64,000 nucleotides of DNA from Candidatus Cloacimonadota bacterium (GTDB lineage: Bacteria; Cloacimonadota; Cloacimonadia; G963667145): contig OY781092.1 of assembly GCA_963676615.1 (NCBI GenBank), positions 1,312,001 to 1,376,000 of the forward strand, given 5' to 3'. This document shows, piece after piece, positions 1 through 8,588 of the stretch (position 1 is the stretch's first letter; every line of letters begins with the position of its first letter). The position numbers and the translations under genes are program-made. The notes beneath the pieces are model-generated. The model was not told where the DNA came from. It did no database searches and worked only from the letters and a program-made list of their open reading frames with translations.

Positions 1-210
1 AATAACTATTCAGTATTTTAAGATTTTCAAAACGAAATTTCAGAAAACAACAACAACAAATTGACAGCCAATCCACTGAAAAGTCTAAACTTAAAAAAAT
101 ATTAACAAAAATATGAGAAAATGCTACACAAAATCAATAGAGTTAGGAGCCAATAGAAGAAAAAGAAATTAGTTTACTAAGTGCTTGATTGCAAAATTAT
201 TTAACTTAAC

Positions 211-1881
211 TTACTTTCTAACAAACTTCTCTTTCACTAAAAGATAATGCGGATAATTTTTGACCCTAACTTTCTCGTATCCAAACTGCTCATAATTTAC
301 CAAAAACCTCTTCCAATCATCATCGTTCTTATAATCTTCGCTTTTTAACAATCTTGGAGTAACCACAACAATATCAAAATTTTCACCGTCTAAAAATTTC
401 TGAAAATTTTGCTTTTCTTTAGAATATGAAGACACGCAATCAAAATCACCTTCTAAATAAACGGCATAATCACCATCAGCACTCATAACTTTGGATTTTC
501 CAGCAATATTCAAATTTTTTATTACAGACAATGTAGAAACAACTCTGTCTCCACAATATTTAGTCGGAACTGCTTGCAACACACTCATTTTTGGAGTAAT
601 CAGCAAAATGGCAACTCCTATAAAAAAGTGCTCTTTGCATAATTTGTATCCCTTATTTACTTTACTAACAACAATCAAAATTATAAGAATTGAAAATAAA
701 ACAATAAATAAGAGATAATGAGGTTTAGAAAAAATAAAAAAACAAGAAACTATTGAAGGGACCATACACACTCCCAAAAAAAGAATATCCCTTCTATATT
801 TTTTAAAATTCTCGCTCCAACTCTTACATTTCTTTTTGAACTGATAAACTAAAATAAAAATAATCCCTACAAGCAGCAGTATCGCTTCAAAAATAAAACC
901 AATCCCTACGGGAATTTTATTTATCGAAGATAAGGCAAACAAAGAACCATCAAAAAAATAAGGAGTGGGAATTAACAAATTTGAATGAACCAAAAACAAG
1001 CCCATTCCAATTTTAAAAGTATTATAAACATTATAAATAATATGCTTAAAAACAATTAAAGGGTTAGCAAAAACACACTGCAAAATTGTTTTTGCCTCTC
1101 CAAAATTGATTTTCATAATAGTTGAATACTCTTTCCAAGAATCCAATGAACTTTCATTCCAGACTACCCAATTTAAACAAAAATGATCCCTAAAAGCAGC
1201 AAAACTACGACCACCACCAAAAGGATTTCCTAACGCTCCAACCACCAAAAAGATAAAAACAAAAGTTCCTAAAAGAACAAAAACATCTTTTTTCCCCCTT
1301 ACATGCAAAACCATAAAAAGAACAAATAGAATCATAAAAGAAAGAAAAAATTCTGGTCGAATATAGCTAGCAAGAAAAACACCAAAAGAATTCACTAGAA
1401 ATTGCCAATTCCTACTCAGTCTGGAACTCAAAATAAAGATAAACAGCAAAAACATCATTGAGAAATTAGAAACTCTCGGCCAAATCGCCAAATTCGCATA
1501 AGATATCAAAAAAAGAAAAGCAAATCCTAAACTATAGTATAAAGAGACTTTCCGTGTCCTCAAAAATAAAAAAATTAAAACAGGCAAAGATATTACTTGG
1601 ATATAGTAATTAAAATAGTACAGTTCAATATTATTTTGCACAAAAAAGGATAAAAAATAATACCACAAGGAATATATTGGCCCCCAATCTGGTGTTGGGA
1701 ATCCATTCGTCAAAAGGTTTAGACCAGCCCTCAAATAAAAAGTTTCATCGTGCAAGCCAATATCAATAATTTTCTCTAAACCAAAAGAGTATTTTAAACC
1801 TGCCAAGACTAAAATTAGGCTAAAAAAAATATCAACTTTTTTAGAGCGAAGAAAAAACTTAAATTTACCAATCGCTTTCAC
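211..1881 (-). CDS. Polytopic membrane protein, GT-C-fold glycosyltransferase-like
   Basis: 556 aa with many hydrophobic helices. N-terminal loop has a 'DE' motif (LHDETFY) and 'GPIYS'; 'IRPEF' motif. Markedly AT-richer than flanking genes. Confidence 0.55.
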   Translation of the reverse strand: MKAIGKFKFFLRSKKVDIFFSLILVLAGLKYSFGLEKIIDIGLHDETFYLRAGLNLLTNGFPTPDWGPIYSLWYYFLSFFVQNNIELYYFNYYIQVISLPVLIFLFLRTRKVSLYYSLGFAFLFLISYANLAIWPRVSNFSMMFLLFIFILSSRLSRNWQFLVNSFGVFLASYIRPEFFLSFMILFVLFMVLHVRGKKDVFVLLGTFVFIFLVVGALGNPFGGGRSFAAFRDHFCLNWVVWNESSLDSWKEYSTIMKINFGEAKTILQCVFANPLIVFKHIIYNVYNTFKIGMGLFLVHSNLLIPTPYFFDGSLFALSSINKIPVGIGFIFEAILLLVGIIFILVYQFKKKCKSWSENFKKYRRDILFLGVCMVPSIVSCFFIFSKPHYLLFIVLFSILIILIVVSKVNKGYKLCKEHFFIGVAILLITPKMSVLQAVPTKYCGDRVVSTLSVIKNLNIAGKSKVMSADGDYAVYLEGDFDCVSSYSKEKQNFQKFLDGENFDIVVVTPRLLKSEDYKNDDDWKRFLVNYEQFGYEKVRVKNYPHYLLVKEKFVRK

Positions 1882-1898
1882 AAAAACCTCACTTTTAC

Positions 1899-1933
1899 AA
1901 AAAACCCTCGCTTTCTCAAAAAAAGCAAGGGTT
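1899..1933 (-). terminator. Probable intrinsic terminator after the lipoprotein gene
   Basis: Inverted repeat aaccctcgcttt...aaagcaagggtt (1903-1933), followed by a T-run on the minus strand. Confidence 0.55.
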
Positions 1934-1951
1934 AATTTTTAATCTAACAGA

Positions 1952-2497
1952 CTACTCTGCTGTCTCTTTCTCCAACTCTTGAAAACTTTGCGAAGCTTTA
2001 AAAGCGTTGTAAAGAGCCTCTTCCTTTTGGATTTCGCCTTTCAGCACTTTGTCGATGATATCCTTGGGAACAGACAAGCGGACAAAAGCTTTGTAAACAC
2101 CGTCTTTCTTGATAATCTCTCGTTTGCTCACATAAGTCCCGCTAAATTTCGTGTTCGCCACGGTTTTCACGGTCTTGCTCGTGAGAGCAGTAATCGTCGG
2201 ATTATCGGTGCCGACCTCTTCCATATAGTTCTTCACCATGCCTTTCACATAAACTTCCACATAGTTGGCAGACTCCAGACGAGCGTTCGCCACCGCAGCA
2301 TCGTAAGCCAAATTCTCGTTGTGCTTCTCGGCATTACCAAAGAAATAAAGATTCTCTTGGCTGTTTTGCTCATCGAACCATGCAGGACGATAAACCTTCT
2401 CGAAGCCTTCTGGACGCTCAACCTCGTCGGAAGCAGAAGAGCAACCAAGAGCAAGCATCGCTGCCAAAGCCAAAGCCATTAAGACTATTTTTTTCAT
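1952..2497 (-). CDS. LPP20-like lipoprotein
   Basis: Lipoprotein signal (MKK-hydrophobic-LALGC), 'RPAWF' motif and 'AYDAAVANAR' helix; GGAGG RBS. Confidence 0.65.
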   Translation of the reverse strand: MKKIVLMALALAAMLALGCSSASDEVERPEGFEKVYRPAWFDEQNSQENLYFFGNAEKHNENLAYDAAVANARLESANYVEVYVKGMVKNYMEEVGTDNPTITALTSKTVKTVANTKFSGTYVSKREIIKKDGVYKAFVRLSVPKDIIDKVLKGEIQKEEALYNAFKASQSFQELEKETAE

Positions 2498-2539
2498 ATT
2501 TCCTCCTTAACTTTCACAAAGTTTTCGGAACCAAGCGAA

Positions 2540-3724
2540 TTACAAATTAACTCTGTTTTTTCCAGCGCTGATAAGTTTTTCCAAAGTTGCAACAGGATTT
2601 TTGCTCTTAGCCAGCAAAATCATTGCCGCGATAACAACAGGCTTGAAGCTCGCTTGATGATATGTATCTTTGAGGTGCTTGTCGAAAACTTCTCTAGTCA
2701 CCTCGCCCTCTTTACAAGAAAGACCTGTGATATCCGCAGGAAGCGGGTGCATATAAAGTGCGTTATTGGTCAAAGACTCCATCTTGGCGTCGTATTCCCA
2801 GTTAACATACTTTTTGTTCTCGGCAAGACACTCTTGCTCCAGATTTTTCAAACCAGCTTGATCCCCAGCGTGCAAAAGGTCGCGACGACGCTCCATCACA
2901 TTAAAAGAAGCCCAAGATTTTGGACAAACAACATCAGCGTCTTTCATCGCCTCAGACATATCGTGCACAACATTGAAAGTTCCGCCAGTCTCAGCAGACT
3001 GCTTTTTGCAAGTATCCAAAACATCTGGAAGCAAATCGTAGCCCTCTGGGTGAGCCAAAGTGATATCCATTCCAAATCTAGACATAAGCCCGATCATACC
3101 TTGAGCAACAGACAACGGTTTGCCGTAGCTAGGAGAGTATGCCCAAGACATTACCAATTTTTTGCCCTTCAGATTCTCCAAAGAACCGAAATGATCTTTG
3201 ATTTTGCACAAGTCGCTCATAGATTGAGTTGGGTGATCGATGTCAGATTGCAAAGAAACGACATTAGGTCTTTGGTGCAAAATGCCTTCTGAATGACCGA
3301 ATTTAACAGCTTCAGACACCTCTCTTTGATATTTGTCGCCCTCGTGAATATACATATCGTCACGAATACCAATCACATCAGCCATAAAGCTCACCATATT
3401 GGCAGTCTCGCGAACTGTCTCACCGTGAGCGATTTGCGACTTGTTCTCATCGAGGTCTTGCACAGTAAGTCCAAGAGCATTACAAGCAGAAGCGAAGCTG
3501 AAACGAGTTCTGGTAGAGTTATCGCGGAAAATCGAAATTCCCAATCCGCTTTCAAAAATTTTGGTAGAAATTCCTTGGCGATGCATCTCTTTGATGAGCT
3601 CTGCTGTGAGCATTGTCGCCTTGATGTCGTCCATAGATTTTTCCCAAGTGAGCAAAAAATCTTTGCCGAACATGTCGATGTTGAGCTTTTTTAAAGCTGC
3701 AATGTTTTCAGTTAAAATTGACAT
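2540..3724 (-). CDS. ygeW: YgeW-type knotted carbamoyltransferase
   Basis: Motifs FRDNSTRTR, HGETVRET, HPTQ, SWAYSPSYGKPLSV and HPLPADI match the YgeW subfamily. Confidence 0.9.
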   Translation of the reverse strand: MSILTENIAALKKLNIDMFGKDFLLTWEKSMDDIKATMLTAELIKEMHRQGISTKIFESGLGISIFRDNSTRTRFSFASACNALGLTVQDLDENKSQIAHGETVRETANMVSFMADVIGIRDDMYIHEGDKYQREVSEAVKFGHSEGILHQRPNVVSLQSDIDHPTQSMSDLCKIKDHFGSLENLKGKKLVMSWAYSPSYGKPLSVAQGMIGLMSRFGMDITLAHPEGYDLLPDVLDTCKKQSAETGGTFNVVHDMSEAMKDADVVCPKSWASFNVMERRRDLLHAGDQAGLKNLEQECLAENKKYVNWEYDAKMESLTNNALYMHPLPADITGLSCKEGEVTREVFDKHLKDTYHQASFKPVVIAAMILLAKSKNPVATLEKLISAGKNRVNL

Positions 3725-3955
3725 TTTTTTCTCCTATTTTAAAAATAAATTTCTTCAAATGTGGTGTCACCACTTAATTGTATCAAATCTTAGCCACCCT
3801 TTTTTTCGTCAAGAATTTTATAAAAAACTCTAAAAATCCTGCCTAAAAATCGGTTTTTCCCCGAAAAACTCTTGACCAAATTTTTGCCTCTCGCATCATC
3901 TTTCCCAAAAAAAATAATTGATTAAATTTTCTAAAATATCAAGGAGCAGAATTTT

Positions 3956-4438
3956 ATGGATATCAAAATCGAGCCGATTAAAGTGCCTGGCGACACCAAC
4001 ATTATTTTTGGGATGAGCCACTTTATCAAAACCGTCGAAGACCTCTACGAAGTGATTGTCAACACTGTGCCCGGCGCCAAATTCGGGCTTGCCTTCAACG
4101 AAGCCAGCGGTCCGTGCCTTGTGCGATACGAGGGCAACGACGAGCGTCTGATAGAAGCCGCCAAAGAAAACCAAAAACGCATCGGCGCAGGTCACACCTT
4201 CCTGATTTTGCTCAAAGACGCTTTCCCTATCAACATTTTGCCGGGCATAAAAGCGTGCCGAGAAGTCGCCAGCGTTTTTTGCGCCACAGCAAATCCCGTG
4301 CAAGTGCTGCTCGCCGAAAGCGACGGCGGTCGTGGCGTCATCGGCGTTATCGACGGCAAATCGCCCAAAGGCATCGAACTCGCCAGCGAAAAACGGGAGC
4401 GCACAGAGTTCCTCAAAAAAATAGGCTACAAAAAATAG
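3956..4438 (+). CDS. Adenosine-specific kinase family protein (DUF355)
   Basis: Motifs SHFIKTVEDLYE, FGLAFNEASGPCL, FCATANP and GVIDG. Confidence 0.85.
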   Translation: MDIKIEPIKVPGDTNIIFGMSHFIKTVEDLYEVIVNTVPGAKFGLAFNEASGPCLVRYEGNDERLIEAAKENQKRIGAGHTFLILLKDAFPINILPGIKACREVASVFCATANPVQVLLAESDGGRGVIGVIDGKSPKGIELASEKRERTEFLKKIGYKK

Positions 4439-4439
4439 T

Positions 4440-6011
4440 ATGGCAGACTACATCGAAGTCCCCGCAAGCAGCTACATCCGCTACGGCAACATCTACTCCT
4501 ACGCACTTTTGGGCATCGACGCGTATCCCATTCAAATCGAAAGCGATATCCGCTCTGGCTTCTCCAAATTCTCAATCGTCGGGCTGCCATCGTCGTCGGT
4601 AAAAGAGAGCAAAGACCGCGTAACTGCCGCCATTCGCAACTCTGGCTTCACCTTCAAGCCTTTCGTTTACACCATCAACCTCGCGCCAGCCGACCTGCCA
4701 AAAGACGGCGTCGCCACCGATTTGCCCATCGCTCTGTCAATTCTGAAAGCCTCTGGGCAACTACAATATCCAAAAAATCTGAAATACGCTTTCATCGGCG
4801 AGCTTTCCCTAAGCGGCAAACTGCGCCCTGTGAAAGGCATCTTGCCGATGGTGATGCAAGCCAAAAAAAACAATCTCGACGCGATAATTTTGCCAAAAGA
4901 GAACCAACAAGAGGCGTCAATCGTCAAAGATGTGAAAATCATCGGCGTGCAGACGCTGCGCGAGTGCGTCCAATTTCTGCAAAACGAAATCGCCATCCAG
5001 CCGACTCCGTTCAAATTTGACCAGACAAAACTCACGCCGCAGCAAAGCCTTGATATGTATGATGTCAAAGGGCAAATGCAAGTCAAGCGCGCCCTGGAAA
5101 TCGCCGCTGCTGGCGGACACAACATTCTGATGATCGGACCTCCTGGCTCTGGGAAAACGATGCTCGCCAAACGCCTAACCTCAATTCTCCCCGATATGAG
5201 CCTCGAGGAAATTTTACAAACCACCAAAATCTACTCCATCGCAGGCAAACTCATCGACCAAGAGCAAAACATCGTCGCCACAAGACCTTTCCGCTCGCCG
5301 CACCACACCATCAGCGACATCGCCCTCATCGGCGGCGGCTCTTTCCCAAAACCAGGCGAGGTGTCGCTTGCGCACAACGGCGTCCTGTTTTTGGACGAAC
5401 TGCCCGAGTTCAAAAAAAATGTGCTCGAAGTTTTGCGGCAACCTCTGGAAGACGGCACGGTCTGCATCGCCAGAGCCAACAGCACGCTCAGCTTCCCCGC
5501 AGATTTTATGCTCGTCGCCTCGATGAACCCATGCCCCTGCGGCTACTACGGCAGCAATATCGCCGGGCACGAATGCACCTGCTCGCCCTCATCAATTCAG
5601 CGCTATCGCTCCCGAATTTCCGGGCCACTTCTGGACAGATTCGACATCCACATCGAAGTCAGCGCCTTGCAATACGAAGAGCTAGAGGCTCTGCCCTGCG
5701 GAGAGTCGTCGCAAGCAATCCGCCAGCGCGTGAACAAAGTCCGCAAACAGCAGCAAGAAAAGCTCTCGGGGATTTTTTCCAACTCCCAAATGCTGCCCAG
5801 CCACATCCGCAAATATTGCCAAATCGACGCGCAAAGCTCCAAAATCCTCAAAACCGCCATTGAACAGATGGGACTCTCGGCGCGCGCCTACGACAAAATC
5901 CTCAAAATCTCGCGCACCATCGCCGATATGGAAGGCAGCGACAAAATCAAATCGCACCACATTTCCGAAGCGATCCAATACCGCAGCCTAGACCGAAAAT
6001 TTTGGGAGTAA
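4440..6011 (+). CDS. YifB/ComM family Mg-chelatase-like AAA+ ATPase
   Basis: INLAPADLPK, Walker A GPPGSGKT, RSPHH, GEVSLAHNGVLFLDE, MNPCPCG, SGPLLDRFD. Confidence 0.95.
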   Translation: MADYIEVPASSYIRYGNIYSYALLGIDAYPIQIESDIRSGFSKFSIVGLPSSSVKESKDRVTAAIRNSGFTFKPFVYTINLAPADLPKDGVATDLPIALSILKASGQLQYPKNLKYAFIGELSLSGKLRPVKGILPMVMQAKKNNLDAIILPKENQQEASIVKDVKIIGVQTLRECVQFLQNEIAIQPTPFKFDQTKLTPQQSLDMYDVKGQMQVKRALEIAAAGGHNILMIGPPGSGKTMLAKRLTSILPDMSLEEILQTTKIYSIAGKLIDQEQNIVATRPFRSPHHTISDIALIGGGSFPKPGEVSLAHNGVLFLDELPEFKKNVLEVLRQPLEDGTVCIARANSTLSFPADFMLVASMNPCPCGYYGSNIAGHECTCSPSSIQRYRSRISGPLLDRFDIHIEVSALQYEELEALPCGESSQAIRQRVNKVRKQQQEKLSGIFSNSQMLPSHIRKYCQIDAQSSKILKTAIEQMGLSARAYDKILKISRTIADMEGSDKIKSHHISEAIQYRSLDRKFWE

Positions 6012-6093
6012 CAAGATTTTTGTTGACAAGGCAACAAACTTCTAAATATTTAGAGTTCACAATTGTTCATTTTTCAAAAAAGAGGAGGAAATT

Positions 6094-6465
6094 ATGAGCA
6101 AACAAGAACTTGGATTTTGCGGAGTAGATTGCGGGATATGCCCCGTTTTTATCGCAACAAAAGCAAACAGCGACGAAAAACGAAAAGAGGTCGCCGAACT
6201 TTTAGCCAAAAAATACGGCGTAGAAGTTAAGCCTGAAGACCTCAACTGCACGGGCTGCTATCCAGCCACAATGAACGGCACCGCTATTATGGGGCACTGC
6301 GCGACTTGCGTTTTGAGACCTTGCGCAAAAGAACACGGCGTCCGCACCTGCGCAGAATGTCCAGAATACGCTTGCGAAAAATTGCAAAAAGTCTGGCAAG
6401 AGATCCCAAACAGCGACGAGGCAAAAAGCAACCTTTTCGCCATCAAAAAGCCAGACAATCTGTAA
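6094..6465 (+). CDS. DUF3795 family Cys-rich protein
   Basis: Cys pattern CGVDCGIC ... CTGC ... C..C..C ... CAECPEYAC. Confidence 0.8.
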   Translation: MSKQELGFCGVDCGICPVFIATKANSDEKRKEVAELLAKKYGVEVKPEDLNCTGCYPATMNGTAIMGHCATCVLRPCAKEHGVRTCAECPEYACEKLQKVWQEIPNSDEAKSNLFAIKKPDNL

Positions 6466-6497
6466 GCCAAAATTTCGTTCAAGGAAAAGGAGATTTT

Positions 6498-7070
6498 ATG
6501 GAAATTTTAGCCATCAATGGCAGTCCACGAAAAAACGGCACAAGCCAAACAGCGCTTAACTTATTGCTCGAAAAAATCGACAAAACCAGCAACATCCGTA
6601 GATTCGACCTCAACTCGATGAACATCAAAGGCTGTCAGGAGTGCTTTGTTTGCCGCACCCAAAAAACAGATAATTGCGCGATAAACGACGGTGTTTCCGA
6701 AATTTTGGAGTTAGCAAAAAAAACAGACGCCATAATCGTCTCTACGCCCGTATTTTACGGCGACATCACCGCCCAGTTAAAATGCTTCATCGACCGCACT
6801 TGGTCGTATCTTGGCAAAACTGGCTTCTCGGCAGAGCACCTTCCGCGCGACAGAACGCTCGTCTTCATTCTCTCCTACGGCTACGACGACCCAGCCGTTT
6901 ACGACTCGATTTTCGAAAAATACAAAACCTATTTCAATATGTATGGATTCGACGATTGCTACTTCGTAAAAGCGATTGGAGCGCAATATAACAAGCCCGA
7001 AATAGTCAACAAACCCGAAATGCTCAAGGCGATAGACGAGATTTCTGCGACGATTAACAAAAAACAGTAA
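6498..7070 (+). CDS. Iron-sulfur flavodoxin / NADPH-dependent FMN reductase family protein
   Basis: Start moved to ATG 6498 after an AAGGAG RBS. INGSPRKNG, CQECFVC...C, STPVFYG, KCFIDR. Confidence 0.85.
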   Translation: MEILAINGSPRKNGTSQTALNLLLEKIDKTSNIRRFDLNSMNIKGCQECFVCRTQKTDNCAINDGVSEILELAKKTDAIIVSTPVFYGDITAQLKCFIDRTWSYLGKTGFSAEHLPRDRTLVFILSYGYDDPAVYDSIFEKYKTYFNMYGFDDCYFVKAIGAQYNKPEIVNKPEMLKAIDEISATINKKQ

Positions 7071-7102
7071 TTCAAAAAATCATAAAGGAAAAGGAGATTT
7101 TT

Positions 7103-7969
7103 ATGGAATTAAAAGGAAGAATTGCAGTCGTAACTGGCTCGAACACAGGCATCGGATTTGAGACGGCGCTGGAGCTATATAAACTCGGGGCAAAGGTCTA
7201 TATCGCCACGCGCGACGAGAAAAAAGCCGCAGTGGCAATCCAAAAAATGCAGGCTCAAAACGGCGCTGGCGAGCTTGTTTATGGGCGTCTGAACTTGGCG
7301 AGCCTTGCTTCTGTGAAAGAGTTTGCCGAAAAAATCAACAAAACCGAATCCAGGCTGGATATTTTGGTCAACAACGCTGGTGTAATGATTCCGCCCGCAT
7401 CAAAAAGCGACGACGGCTTTGAGCTTCAATTTGGCGTCAACTTTGTCGGACATTTTGCGCTAACTGGGCACTTGTTCAAACTTTTGGAAGCGACAAAAGG
7501 CGCGCGGGTAGTGACTCTCAGCAGCATCGCACACAGAGGAGCGGCTATCGATTTTGACAATTTTCATCTGGAAAAAGAGTATGACAAATGGCGCGAATAC
7601 AGCCAAAGCAAATTGGCGGACATTATTTTTGCGCTCGAATTTGACAAGCGGCTAAAAGAAAAAGGTTGCCAGACCATTTCTATGGCGGCGCATCCGGGAT
7701 TTAGCAAGACCGATTTGCAAAAACATATGGACAAAGAGATGCTCGATTCTCTGGATATGATGACAGCCAAAGACGGTGCGCAGCCTTCTCTTGCGGCTTG
7801 TCTGCGACCAGAAGCCAAAGGCGGGCAATATTGGGGACCCGACGGACCAAACGAACAAAAAGGCAAGCCAGCTTTGGCGAAAATTGACGCTGTCGCCCTC
7901 GACGAAAAATTGAACGAAAAACTTTGGGATTGGGCAGAAAAAGCGACCCAAATAAGTTTTCCATCGTAA
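7103..7969 (+). CDS. Short-chain dehydrogenase/reductase (retinol dehydrogenase-like)
   Basis: TGSNTGIG, NNAG, QFGVNFVGHF, catalytic YSQSK, AHPG. Confidence 0.9.
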   Translation: MELKGRIAVVTGSNTGIGFETALELYKLGAKVYIATRDEKKAAVAIQKMQAQNGAGELVYGRLNLASLASVKEFAEKINKTESRLDILVNNAGVMIPPASKSDDGFELQFGVNFVGHFALTGHLFKLLEATKGARVVTLSSIAHRGAAIDFDNFHLEKEYDKWREYSQSKLADIIFALEFDKRLKEKGCQTISMAAHPGFSKTDLQKHMDKEMLDSLDMMTAKDGAQPSLAACLRPEAKGGQYWGPDGPNEQKGKPALAKIDAVALDEKLNEKLWDWAEKATQISFPS

Positions 7970-7973
7970 AAAA

Positions 7974-8588
7974 ATGCAAAAACTTTTTTTAGACCGAGCA
8001 AAACCACTGCACATTTGCAAAGAAAAATCGTGCAGTGGCTGCCAGGTCGCAAGCAAACTAAACTGCCACTTTAGCCTCAAACAGCTAGCTGGATTTTTCG
8101 TCCTAAATCTGCCGCTTTTTTTGTGCGCTGGCTACAGCATCTACCGCCAAAACTTGTTGCTTTTCGTCTTATGGGCAGTTTTCACTTGCCTGTTTTTCAC
8201 CCTTATCGAAATCCGCGTGATGTGCTCGCACTGCCCGCACTATGCCGAACCAACGCTAAAATCGCTCAAATGCTGGGCAAATTATGGCGCTCCAAAAATC
8301 TGGAAATATCGCCCAAATCCAATGTCGGCAACTGAAAAAATTGTTTTCTTCGCTGGCTTCATCATCATTTTGCTACCGCCCGTGCTTATTCTAGTGTTGC
8401 AAAAAAGTTACCTATTTGCAGCGATTTATCTGGCAATGCTCATCGTCTGGAAAATTTTCCTAAAAATTTTCTTCTGCAAAAGATGCTTCAATTTCGCTTG
8501 CCCTTTTAATGTTATTGAACGCTCTGAGCGAAAAGAGTTTTTAGCGAAAATAAAATCACCAAAAATTGAAGAAGGGGAACAAAATTAA
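7974..8588 (+). CDS. Cys-rich membrane protein of unknown function
   Basis: Four TM helices. Cys clusters CKEKSCSGC..C, CSHCPHY..C and CKRCFNFACP. Confidence 0.6.
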   Translation: MQKLFLDRAKPLHICKEKSCSGCQVASKLNCHFSLKQLAGFFVLNLPLFLCAGYSIYRQNLLLFVLWAVFTCLFFTLIEIRVMCSHCPHYAEPTLKSLKCWANYGAPKIWKYRPNPMSATEKIVFFAGFIIILLPPVLILVLQKSYLFAAIYLAMLIVWKIFLKIFFCKRCFNFACPFNVIERSERKEFLAKIKSPKIEEGEQN

